Source of the DNA: Candidatus Micrarchaeia archaeon
Lineage (GTDB): Archaea; Micrarchaeota; Micrarchaeia; Norongarragalinales; Norongarragalinaceae
Direction: 5' to 3'
DNA: 64,000 nucleotides
Assembly (NCBI GenBank): GCA_041648335.1
Contig: JBAZPG010000001.1
Span: 31,880-95,879 of the forward strand
A program made the translations under genes and the position numbers. Of the stretch, positions 56,340-64,000 are shown piece by piece. Under the pieces are notes generated by a model. It was not told the origin of the DNA. It was given only the letters and a program-made list of their open reading frames with translations, and did not search any database. Position 1 is the first letter of the stretch, and each line of letters starts with the position of its first letter.

Positions 56340-56582
56340 CTAACCGCCCGTCGGGTCGGGCAAGAGCGTGAGCTGGTCCCCTTCCTTTACGCCCGCGTCC
56401 GCGAGGGTGAGCTCGGGGTCGAGTATCTGATTGTTCTTGGAGGCGAGGACGAACCGGTCCTTGAGTTTCAGGTTCTCGGTGAGGACCTCGAGCACGGAGG
56501 CGACCGTAAAGCCGGCTTCGACCGCGACAACGATTTCCTTTCCGGACGTGCTTTGTATTATCGTGATATTGAATTCAACCAT
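56340..56582 (-). CDS. ubiquitin-like beta-grasp protein ending in -GG (80 aa)
   Basis: MVEFNITIIQSTSGKEIVVAVEAG...GDQLTLLPDPTGG-stop; parallels Ub (TLTGKTITLEV...LHLVLRLRGG); the longer ORF-track frame upstream of this ATG is not credible. Confidence 0.8.
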   Translation of the reverse strand: MVEFNITIIQSTSGKEIVVAVEAGFTVASVLEVLTENLKLKDRFVLASKNNQILDPELTLADAGVKEGDQLTLLPDPTGG

Positions 56583-56639
56583 GTGTGCATCGCCCCCTTG
56601 GCGGTTTATTATTAAATCAAGGGTATAAATGTTTTCGGT

Positions 56640-56990
56640 ATGGCGGACGAAGACGGGTTCACTGAAATCGGTTTCCCCGAAGGGGCGGACAACGAAGCGG
56701 GCAAGGACGCGGACAAGCCCGCGGAAGCAGTGAGGAAGCCGCGCATCCTCGAGCCGGCCCCGAGCAAGCCCGCAATCGTTTCGGTAACCCGCCCAACCGA
56801 AATGCCCGAAGTCGCGAGGCACTGGGCAACGCGGGACATCGAACCCATGGAACGCATACCCGCGCCCGCGCAGCTCGAGGGCGAATCGCGGGAGGCGCTC
56901 GTGGAGAACGCGTTGCGTTTGCACGAGGCGCGCGAAGCAGAGAAACCCAAGGGTTTTCTCTCAAGGTTGAAGGGCGCATTTTTCAAGTGA
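56640..56990 (+). CDS. hypothetical acidic/Pro-rich protein, first gene of the JAMM-RING operon
   Basis: 116 aa; 7 nt before the JAMM gene; no motif. Confidence 0.45.
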   Translation: MADEDGFTEIGFPEGADNEAGKDADKPAEAVRKPRILEPAPSKPAIVSVTRPTEMPEVARHWATRDIEPMERIPAPAQLEGESREALVENALRLHEAREAEKPKGFLSRLKGAFFK

Positions 56991-56996
56991 CTTGAC

Positions 56997-57434
56997 ATGT
57001 TCGAGGTTTACTTTGACGCGGAGGCAATGGCTGCAGCCGTACGCGAGTTCGAAGCCGCAGCCGGGCGCGGACGCGAGGGAATCGGGTTCTTCCTAGGGAA
57101 GGTTTACTCCTGGCAGGGCGGCTTGTTCGTGCGCGCAACCGAATTCGTTACCGGTGAAAGCGACGCCACCGCGGTATCGGTGCGGTTCGCGGAGGGCGCG
57201 TTTGCGGGAATCGCGGGCGCGCGGGGGGACGACTTGATAGCGATTTGGGCGCACTCGCATCCGGATTACGGCTGCTTCATGTCCGAACGCGATTTGGAGA
57301 CGCACGAGAATTATTTCGCTAACGACTACAATTACGCACTCGTGGTGGACCCGGTGCGGCGCGAGAAGAAGCTGTTCAAGGTGCGGGACGGGAAATGCCT
57401 CGAGGCATCGTTCGCAGTAGTGGAGAAGAAGTAA
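56997..57434 (+). CDS. JAMM/MPN+ metalloprotease (Rpn11-like deubiquitylase/isopeptidase)
   Basis: E..(30)..HSHPDYGCFMSERD = ExnHxHx7Sx2D JAMM motif. Confidence 0.85.
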   Translation: MFEVYFDAEAMAAAVREFEAAAGRGREGIGFFLGKVYSWQGGLFVRATEFVTGESDATAVSVRFAEGAFAGIAGARGDDLIAIWAHSHPDYGCFMSERDLETHENYFANDYNYALVVDPVRREKKLFKVRDGKCLEASFAVVEKK

Positions 57435-57435
57435 A

Positions 57436-58161
57436 ATGGCTAAACCGAAACTCAAGGCGTTCGACAAGGCGGTCTTTGACGTAATCCGCGCGGGAGTCTA
57501 CCGCACCGAGCACATCGCCTCGAAACTCCACGTGGACGAAGCGGCGCTCAAAGTGCGTTTGGGCGAACTCGCAGTTGCGGGTCTCGTCGTGGTGGATGGG
57601 GAGGGTGTGCGCCTGGGAATCGAGGGGTTCAACGCCTATCCCGCGGCGAAGAAGCGCGCGAAGAAAACAAAGGAAAACGAAAACTCGGCAATCGTTCAAT
57701 TGAAAACCGAGCCAGCTGTTGCGTCGGTTGAACCAGCGAAAACCGAGTCCATCAAACCTGCACCAGTTGCGTTAAAACCAATTGAACCCGAGGCGTTGCC
57801 CGCGCCGGTTACCATGAGCGACTTGCACGAACTCCTCAAACTCGGGGCGCCCACGGGAAGCGCGCGGCAGCCGAACGCGCAGAAAGAAGAGCCGCCGCTG
57901 GTGAAGACCGAGGCGCGTCCGTTGACTAAGGGCGGAGACGAAGTTTGCGAGTTGTGCAAGGGGCGCTTCGCGCTCGCGGTGAAAGGCAAGGGGCACCCCA
58001 AGTTCGGGCACTGCTTCTGCGGGGCAGCCTACCACAAGGACTGCTACGAGGCACTCATTAACGACACGAAGAAGTGCGTGCGTTGCGGGCGCAAGCTCGA
58101 ATTATACCTGGACCGCCGGAGCGAGGAAGCCGTGCACGCCATCCGCGGCGTGTTCGACTGA
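57436..58161 (+). CDS. wHTH + RING/PHD-type (C4HC3) zinc-finger protein, candidate E3 ubiquitin ligase
   Basis: C-terminal CELCx18CFCx4HKDCx10CVRC; N-terminal MarR-like wHTH; Pro/Ala linker. Confidence 0.75.
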   Translation: MAKPKLKAFDKAVFDVIRAGVYRTEHIASKLHVDEAALKVRLGELAVAGLVVVDGEGVRLGIEGFNAYPAAKKRAKKTKENENSAIVQLKTEPAVASVEPAKTESIKPAPVALKPIEPEALPAPVTMSDLHELLKLGAPTGSARQPNAQKEEPPLVKTEARPLTKGGDEVCELCKGRFALAVKGKGHPKFGHCFCGAAYHKDCYEALINDTKKCVRCGRKLELYLDRRSEEAVHAIRGVFD

Positions 58162-58167
58162 AGCAAA

Positions 58168-58917
58168 TTAAACATGCACGGGGCAGCCCTTGCGCTTCGG
58201 GATTCCGTAGAGCGTGAAGCGCGCGTTCAACCCGTCGTAGTAAAGCGATTTCCCGGCGAACGACTCGCGCCCGTGCACGAGCTTGGCGAACTCCGTGGAC
58301 TGTATGCCCGCGATTACGCTCGTGGTGGATGGGAGCGCGGGCATCTTGGGGTCCAGGAAGTCGAGCGCGTCCCCAGTGCACGCGTACTTCTTCCAGAGGA
58401 GCTTGTAGTCGCGGCGGCTCAAGGCGCATTCGAAGCACGACGACGGAGCGTTCACCACGCTCACCCGCCCGTTGAACCCGGTGGTGCCGCCGTCGATGAC
58501 GGGCGCCTTAGCGTAGCACTGCGCGTTCAAGTGGAGGCGCGCCCCCACGTTGTCCAGACAGCCGAACGCGTAGTCCGCCGAGGAAAAAACCGCCTCGTCC
58601 AAGTGCTCCACCCGCTTGAGGATGACGCGCACGCGGGCGTCCGGGTTAATGCGCGTCGCCTCGCGGGCGATTACCTCGGCTTTCTTTCGCCCCACGTCGG
58701 CGTGCGTGAAGAAGCAGCAGCGGTTCAGGTTCGCCGTGACTATTTCGTCGTAGTCCACGAGCGTGATTTCGCGGACGCCGAACTGGAGGAGGTTCTTGAC
58801 GAGTTCGTTGCCGAGCGCGCCCGCGCCAACTACCAGGCAGCGCGCCTTCGAGACCGCGTCCTGGTTCCAACCGTCCACGCGCTTTTGGCGGTCGTACGCG
58901 TCGTCGTCTATTCCCAT
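58168..58917 (-). CDS. E1-like ubiquitin-activating enzyme (ThiF/MoeB/UBA fold)
   Basis: YDRQ..., LVVGAGALGNELVKNL, DYDEIVTANLNR, CFEC zinc motif. Confidence 0.85.
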   Translation of the reverse strand: MGIDDDAYDRQKRVDGWNQDAVSKARCLVVGAGALGNELVKNLLQFGVREITLVDYDEIVTANLNRCCFFTHADVGRKKAEVIAREATRINPDARVRVILKRVEHLDEAVFSSADYAFGCLDNVGARLHLNAQCYAKAPVIDGGTTGFNGRVSVVNAPSSCFECALSRRDYKLLWKKYACTGDALDFLDPKMPALPSTTSVIAGIQSTEFAKLVHGRESFAGKSLYYDGLNARFTLYGIPKRKGCPVHV

Positions 58918-58995
58918 TGGTTTTATTTATCGCGGCGGGTTTTATTTGAGTTATGCCTGTTGTCGTTTACTCCAAAAGCACCAAACGGTTTTCGA

Positions 58996-59784
58996 TTAGC
59001 GTTTGCGGTATACGAAATCAACGCCGCCTTTGCGGGATTCTCGAACGGCCGGTTCTAATCCAAAGGCACTGATTTCATGAAGGGCTAGCTTCGAATCCAC
59101 CAAAAGGTATCCTTTTGGCGCTACTGCGGCTGCAATGGAAGATAAGATTGCTTCGCGTTGTGTTTCGGAGGTATAATGACGGAGCACGTTTAACGAAACC
59201 ACGAGGTTGGGCTGACCGCGCCCCACGGGCAACTCGCGGAGGGCGTTCCCCTTGTAGAAACTTATTTTTTCGAGCACGCTTGGCGGCGGGGTTATGGAAA
59301 CAATCCGGATGGGGTTGCCGTCGACCATGCGCTTCACGTAAGGAATGCGCACGCGTTTCACGGATGGGAAAAAATTGTGGAGATAAAGGGTATAACTTGG
59401 AAAAGCTGTTTTGATTAGTTCGTGTGCGAGCACGGGCTGGGTTTTCTCGGGATGCTGGTACGCATAATCGATGACGCTCACACGGTAATCTGCACCAACG
59501 TTTTCGAGTTGGTTCGCGACTTCGAATGGTTCGGGTGGAAGGTGTTGCCCGCGCAATATTTCGGAATTGGGCGCCCCGCAACCGATTATGAGTGCGTTCA
59601 CCTTTTCATTCCTAGCGAATAATCGGGAAATCATACTCAAGAGTAAGTAACTCCTGCCGAAGCGAGTGTGCGTCGACGTCAGCTTGCCGTCGTACAACGC
59701 CATGTGTTCGCGCCAGGCGATTGCCGCAGCATACTTTTCGGGGCCAGGCATGCTGGGGCGCGCCTTACGCATTTGCACAGCCAT
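58996..59784 (-). CDS. hypothetical protein, possible class I SAM-dependent methyltransferase (..ALIIGCGAP..)
   Basis: weak motif I; AT-richer than surroundings; start chosen at MAVQMRKARP. Confidence 0.35.
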   Translation of the reverse strand: MAVQMRKARPSMPGPEKYAAAIAWREHMALYDGKLTSTHTRFGRSYLLLSMISRLFARNEKVNALIIGCGAPNSEILRGQHLPPEPFEVANQLENVGADYRVSVIDYAYQHPEKTQPVLAHELIKTAFPSYTLYLHNFFPSVKRVRIPYVKRMVDGNPIRIVSITPPPSVLEKISFYKGNALRELPVGRGQPNLVVSLNVLRHYTSETQREAILSSIAAAVAPKGYLLVDSKLALHEISAFGLEPAVRESRKGGVDFVYRKR

Positions 59785-59818
59785 GCGACTTTTATTGAAG
59801 CCCGAATTTAAAGTTGTT

Positions 59819-60535
59819 ATGCCCACGATAGTTTACTCGGAGAAGGATGCTGCGGGAAGCAACATCGCGCGCTTCCTGAACTGCAAGGCGGTGCACCTCA
59901 AGGAAGAGCTCGTGGACTGCAGCCGCGACTTCGGCTCGGACTTGGTGTTGTTCGCCTCGCGCCACGCGAGCGTTTCGGGTGCGCCCTGCCTCGCCGTGCA
60001 CTGCACGGGAAACTGGGGCGCCGCTGGAAAAGGCGGGGCGCCGAGGACGCTTTCGCTGGCAAGCGCACGCGCCTCGAAGTGCGCGCTCGACTGGCTCAAG
60101 GCACACCCACTCAAGGGTTTCGACGTATTCCTGGAAGCAACCCACCACGGGCCGACCCACTTGTCCGCACCCTCGCTGTTCATAGAGGCGGGGAGCACGC
60201 CGAAAGAATGGGCGAATGAGGCGGCAGCCAAGCGCGTAGCCGAGTGCATTGAATTCGTGCGCGACAACTGGACTTCCACGACGGGGACGGTGGCGTTGGG
60301 TTTCGGGGGCGGGCACTACTGCCCGGCGTTCAACTCCCTCAACTACGCGTTCTCGCACATTGCCGCGAAATACGCTCTCGAAAGCGTGGACGAAATCATG
60401 CTGCGCCAGGCAATTGAAAAAACCGTGGAACCCGTGGAGTGCGCGGTAATCGACTGGAAGGGCTGCCGCGCCGCGGAACGCGAACGCGTAACGAAGGCGT
60501 GTGCTGCGAACGGCTTGGACATCGTGCGCGTTTAG
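59819..60535 (+). CDS. dtdA: archaeal-type D-aminoacyl-tRNA deacylase (DtdA)
   Basis: FASRHAS...HCTGNWG..GG, EATHHGPT, GGGHY, VIDWKG all match the DtdA family. Confidence 0.8.
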   Translation: MPTIVYSEKDAAGSNIARFLNCKAVHLKEELVDCSRDFGSDLVLFASRHASVSGAPCLAVHCTGNWGAAGKGGAPRTLSLASARASKCALDWLKAHPLKGFDVFLEATHHGPTHLSAPSLFIEAGSTPKEWANEAAAKRVAECIEFVRDNWTSTTGTVALGFGGGHYCPAFNSLNYAFSHIAAKYALESVDEIMLRQAIEKTVEPVECAVIDWKGCRAAERERVTKACAANGLDIVRV

Positions 60536-61692
60536 TAGTCGTAAAGTTTGCGCTGCTTGAGCACCACGCTGCGCGCGAGGTACTGCGCGAGTGGACGCTT
60601 GAGGCGCGTGGAAACATCGGCGAGCGCCTCGTTCAACGACTGAAATGAGCGGGCGGGTTTCTCGAATGCCTTGCGCACGCTTTCTCTGACCTGCCAGACA
60701 CCGACCGGCAGGCGGTAGCCCTCGTAAATCTCGCGGAAGACAATGGCGCGCGCCTGTTTCCCGAGGCGGGCGAGTCCCTCGGCAACCGCAAGCCGTCCGG
60801 CGTAATAGCCGCCGCCTTCCTCATCCGCGTAATCGCTCCGTCCCCCGTAGGGTTCGTACTCGTGGGCTACCGCGCTCTCGCCGGGGGACCAGAGCGAACC
60901 CTGCCACCACGCTTCGAACTGCTCGAACTCCCAAGGACCCGGAAGCAGGAGTATTTCGTAGTGGTTGTAGAGGTATTCGTTCGAGTACACGAGGTAGTCG
61001 CCGACCATTGGAGAATCCTTTACTTTCGTTAGGTGCTCGTCGCCCACCATGCGGTCGGTTGCGGTAATCGCCCAACGCGTGGGCACCAGTTTTTTCTCGG
61101 CGCCGAGGATGCCCGCGCTCAACAGTTTCTGGAGGTAGTAGTATTCGAAGCCGCCCGCAAGCAGCTCGGAAACCGCCGCGCGCGCCTTCACTTTCTCTTC
61201 CGCGAGCTCGTCCACCTTAGAGGGCACGCACGGGTTCGTAGTCAAACGCAGGGAATCCATTTCCCCCGAGGGGCCGACCGGCTGCATCACGTCCGAGAAA
61301 TTCACGTGGAGGGAGGGCTCGCGTGCGAAGTGCGCCTCCATTCCCACGGTTTTCACGGACATCGCTGCGTCCCGCAGTTCCCCGAGCGAGAACGGGTCGC
61401 GCACGCTCGCGGTCTTGGTGCCGCGCACGAGCCCCTCGCGCGAGGCGATTATTCCGTCGAAATCCATCCCGTAAAGCTTGGAAGGATCGTCCACGGTTGC
61501 GGGGGAAACCGAAATCAGGGGCCCCGCGAAAACACGCGGGTAGCCGTGCCAGCCCACGAACATGTTCGGGGGGCTGTCGCCCGCGACGTCGCGCCCCAAA
61601 CGGAAACCCGAGGCAACGCGCGACTTCTCGAGGATGGGGCATTTAGCCAACCCGCAGAGCAGGCGGCCTTTGCATTGCAGGCACGACACCAT
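60532..61692 (-). CDS. nreA: NreA-family protein (archaeal Nre DNA-repair-associated), N-terminal zinc ribbon
   Basis: MVSCLQCKGRLLCGLAKCPI N-terminus typical of Nre; about 385 aa. Confidence 0.6.
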   Translation of the reverse strand: MVSCLQCKGRLLCGLAKCPILEKSRVASGFRLGRDVAGDSPPNMFVGWHGYPRVFAGPLISVSPATVDDPSKLYGMDFDGIIASREGLVRGTKTASVRDPFSLGELRDAAMSVKTVGMEAHFAREPSLHVNFSDVMQPVGPSGEMDSLRLTTNPCVPSKVDELAEEKVKARAAVSELLAGGFEYYYLQKLLSAGILGAEKKLVPTRWAITATDRMVGDEHLTKVKDSPMVGDYLVYSNEYLYNHYEILLLPGPWEFEQFEAWWQGSLWSPGESAVAHEYEPYGGRSDYADEEGGGYYAGRLAVAEGLARLGKQARAIVFREIYEGYRLPVGVWQVRESVRKAFEKPARSFQSLNEALADVSTRLKRPLAQYLARSVVLKQRKLYDY

Positions 61693-61897
61693 TTGGGAAC
61701 GCAGGGCTTTGCACAAGACAAAATAAAACCTTGCCGAACCAAGCATGTCTTTTACGGCATCTCTTACAACCCATAAATGTCGCTTAAACACCACTTACGG
61801 CTGTGTGGAGGCGTCTTTTATAAGAGACGAATGGCACATAAGTGCAGCTTACGAAAGCAGAAAGCCTTTTATATGCCTCGGATGTTGTTTTTGACGT

Positions 61898-63049
61898 ATG
61901 GTGGAAGTGTTCGAAGCTCGCGTGAAGCTTTTGCAGGAGCTGGGTTGGAGTGAGAACCCGTTCGTGAAGGACTTGCGCGCAAGCGACCGCGACTCATTCT
62001 TGAAGTATTACTGCCCGTTCGAGGGCGCGAAGATTCTCGAGCGCCTGGCGTTCGAGTCGAAAGCATGCCTGTTGTTCGGGCCCAAGGGCGTTGGAAAAAC
62101 GTCCGCGCTCTATTACGTGAGTTACGGTTTGCCGGAATCCGAGTTCGATTGCGTTTTCCTGAAGGAGCCGCCGAAGTCGCTTGATGATTTAGCCGAGGCG
62201 TTCAACTGCAAGCCGTCGGAGAACTGGATTTCGCGGCTGCTCGGCGGGAAGCCAGCGAAGGTTACCCGGAAGGGGCTCGCGGATTGCCTGAAACGCAGGA
62301 GCAAGAAAATCGTGTTGTTCGTGGACGAGGCGCACCTGGTTGAGGATAAGTCCATGTACATGGAGTTCAAGTATCTGTTGGACGACGTGCCGCGCCTGCG
62401 CATGGTTTTCTCCGCGTTGGGAAAAGCGGATTTTCCGGACTCGCTCCTCCAGCTAGTTGGCGAATCGAACTGTTTCCAGCGCCGCGAATTCTCCGAACAG
62501 GAGATGCGGCGCATCATCGAGCACCGCATCGCCGCGGTGGGCGGCAAGGGCTTGAAGCCGTTCCCGGACGCGTTCCTCTCGGACGCGCTCAAGGGGCAGA
62601 ATCTCCTGTCGCCGCGTTATGTTTTCGACGAGTTGAACGCTTTCCTCGCGAAGCTCGCGTTGGGGAAGAGCGAGTGGAAGGGTGCGGTGGAATACGCGGA
62701 CAACCCTATAATCCAGAGCGCCATCCGGGGCGCGCGGGGCGAGACGCTCGCAAAGGGGAACGCTGCGTGGTGGAACCAGTTGAGTCCGTCCCAACGCCAG
62801 ATTCTCGAGTTGCTCGTGCGCAAGGGCGAGGGCGTTGTTTTGAGCGACATACGCAAGGAAACGGGTTTGAGCCAGAACACCGCTTTCAACGCGCTCTACC
62901 AGTTGCGCGGGGACGACAAGGCGGAGTTGAAGCGCAAGCCGGGCGTGCCGTTCCCGCTCGTGCGCGTGGAAGCGCAGATGGTGGGCGGGCGCAAGAGGAA
63001 TGTTTACGTTGCGGTGGAAAAGGTCCGCAACTTGTTCACGTTGCATTAG
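61898..63049 (+). CDS. AAA+ ATPase with C-terminal winged helix (divergent Orc1/Cdc6-like or related)
   Basis: Walker A LLFGPKGVGKTS, Walker B LFVDEAH, C-terminal wH QRQILELLVRKGEGVVLSDIRKETGLS. Confidence 0.45.
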   Translation: MVEVFEARVKLLQELGWSENPFVKDLRASDRDSFLKYYCPFEGAKILERLAFESKACLLFGPKGVGKTSALYYVSYGLPESEFDCVFLKEPPKSLDDLAEAFNCKPSENWISRLLGGKPAKVTRKGLADCLKRRSKKIVLFVDEAHLVEDKSMYMEFKYLLDDVPRLRMVFSALGKADFPDSLLQLVGESNCFQRREFSEQEMRRIIEHRIAAVGGKGLKPFPDAFLSDALKGQNLLSPRYVFDELNAFLAKLALGKSEWKGAVEYADNPIIQSAIRGARGETLAKGNAAWWNQLSPSQRQILELLVRKGEGVVLSDIRKETGLSQNTAFNALYQLRGDDKAELKRKPGVPFPLVRVEAQMVGGRKRNVYVAVEKVRNLFTLH

Positions 63050-63198
63050 AGGTGGGGTTCAAAATGAATGAAAGCGTTTGTGAGGTTCTATCAAAGCTGT
63101 CCGGCTCGCGGACCGCGTACAAGTTCGTGTCCGTGGGGGGCGAAACGCGCCTCGCAGTGGACGGCTTGATGGGCTCGCTTACCCGCCGCGGTGTTTGA

Positions 63199-63405
63199 AT
63201 GGCTAAGGGACTTTCGCTGTTGGACATGGACGCGCTCTTGAGGAGCGCGGGCGCCCAGCGGGTGGGCGAGGACGCGAGCAGGAAGCTGTGCGAGATACTC
63301 GAGGACTCGGCCGAAGAGATAGTTTCACGGGCGCGCGTGTACGCCTTCCACGCGGGACGCAGCGAGATAACGCGCGAGGACGTGCTCCTTGCGGTGGAAT
63401 TCTAG
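63199..63405 (+). CDS. archaeal histone (HMf-like histone fold)
   Basis: LLRSAGAQRVGEDASRKLCEILEDSAEEIVSRARVYAFHAGRSEITREDVLLAV. Confidence 0.85.
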   Translation: MAKGLSLLDMDALLRSAGAQRVGEDASRKLCEILEDSAEEIVSRARVYAFHAGRSEITREDVLLAVEF

Positions 63406-64000
63406 CGCAGTTCGAGCTGTATTTCTATTACTTCGCGCGCCTTCTTGAGGAACGCCGCCTCGGCCTCGCGCGTTTCAGGATAGCTTCCGCCTGCAGCCAC
63501 GCTGTGACCGCCACCCCCGCCGTCCGAGGCAACACCCGCCTTGCGGAGCGCCTCACCCAAGTCAAGCCCTTTCTTGGCGAGCCAGACCGTGCCGCGCGCG
63601 GAAACCTTGACCGTGCCTTTGTCCGAGCTCAACGCGAGCACGGGCTTGGTGCGCGGGATTATGCCCGAAGAGAGGAAGGCGCTTGCAACCACGCCGATTA
63701 TCTTGTCGCTTATCACGCCGCGTCCGTCCACGAGGTAGAATGCGCCCGCATCCATCCAGTTTTCGGAAGCGTAACGCACGCCCGCCTTCACCGCCTCCAG
63801 GTATTCGCGGAGGATGGCGCGCCCGCTTTCAAGCGCGCCCGGTGCCTTGAGGCAGACGTTGATTCCCAATTCCGGGCTGTTGTTCCTGCCGCACGCGTTC
63901 AAGAGCGCGGCGTAATCCTGGGCATCGCTGAGTTCGGTGCCATTCTCCTCCAACGGAAAAGAATACGCCTGGCTCGCCAGCGACTTCACCGCGTCCTCGG
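63402..64000 (-). CDS. DHH-family phosphoesterase, C-terminal DHHA1 domain (RecJ/GAN-like or NrnA-like); 5' part lies beyond the window end
   Basis: GGGGHSVAAGGS DHHA1 motif; ORF open at 64000. Confidence 0.6.
   Translation of the reverse strand, partial: EDAVKSLASQAYSFPLEENGTELSDAQDYAALLNACGRNNSPELGINVCLKAPGALESGRAILREYLEAVKAGVRYASENWMDAGAFYLVDGRGVISDKIIGVVASAFLSSGIIPRTKPVLALSSDKGTVKVSARGTVWLAKKGLDLGEALRKAGVASDGGGGGHSVAAGGSYPETREAEAAFLKKAREVIEIQLELR

Noticed and set aside
56583-56924. 5' extension of the minus-strand ORF 56340-56924 (194 aa) beyond the Ubl start
   Set aside because: Only the last 80 codons (from ATG 56582) look like a ubiquitin-like protein; the upstream part is antisense to orf116 and crosses the divergent AT-rich promoter spacer.
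63061-63198. 45-codon ORF between the AAA+ ATPase and the histone gene
   Set aside because: No motif; it may simply be 5' UTR of the histone gene.
1-64000. CRISPR arrays, IS elements, integrases, 16S/23S rRNA
   Set aside because: No regularly spaced direct repeats, no transposase/integrase-like ORFs and no large rRNA signatures were found by eye.

Overview
GC-rich archaeal chromosomal segment, densely packed with archaeal information-processing genes. These include TFB preceded by a Gar1-like gene, r-proteins L7Ae/S28e/L24e, S3Ae/S15, L35Ae and L21e, RpoF (Rpo4), RpoK (Rpo6), KsgA, Trm1, a Trm5/Taw1 wyosine pair, ValRS, a histone, an Lhr-type helicase, NreA, a beta-CASP RNase, and the ether-lipid genes GGPP synthase and geranylgeranyl reductase. 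One intron-containing tRNA-Trp(CCA) and a stand-alone 5S rRNA are present. Several very large Cys-rich cell-surface proteins carry N-terminal signal or lipobox-like peptides and C-terminal TM plus basic anchors. The most striking feature (55.7–58.9 kb) is a complete eukaryote-type ubiquitylation module: ubiquitin-like beta-grasp ending in GG, E2 (UBC), E1 (ThiF/UBA-like), a RING/PHD-type zinc-finger protein with wHTH, and a JAMM/MPN+ (Rpn11-like) isopeptidase. Other notable items are listed below.
- A stand-alone single-repeat TBP-like gene next to the 5S rRNA.
- A ~1.5 kb ORF-free, A-rich region with phased A-tracts and A/T-flanked hairpins.
- An RNase HII gene whose catalytic N-terminus sits in another frame, separated by 32 nt flanked by a 6-bp inverted repeat.
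- AT-rich, probably horizontally acquired islands: an R-M system plus S1 protease, a PQQ beta-propeller gene, and an in-frame AT-rich segment inside a GT-C-like membrane protein.
- A tandem pair of paralogous unknown proteins.

No CRISPR array was seen. Many long antisense ORFs in the six-frame track are artefacts of GC-rich sequence and were not called.
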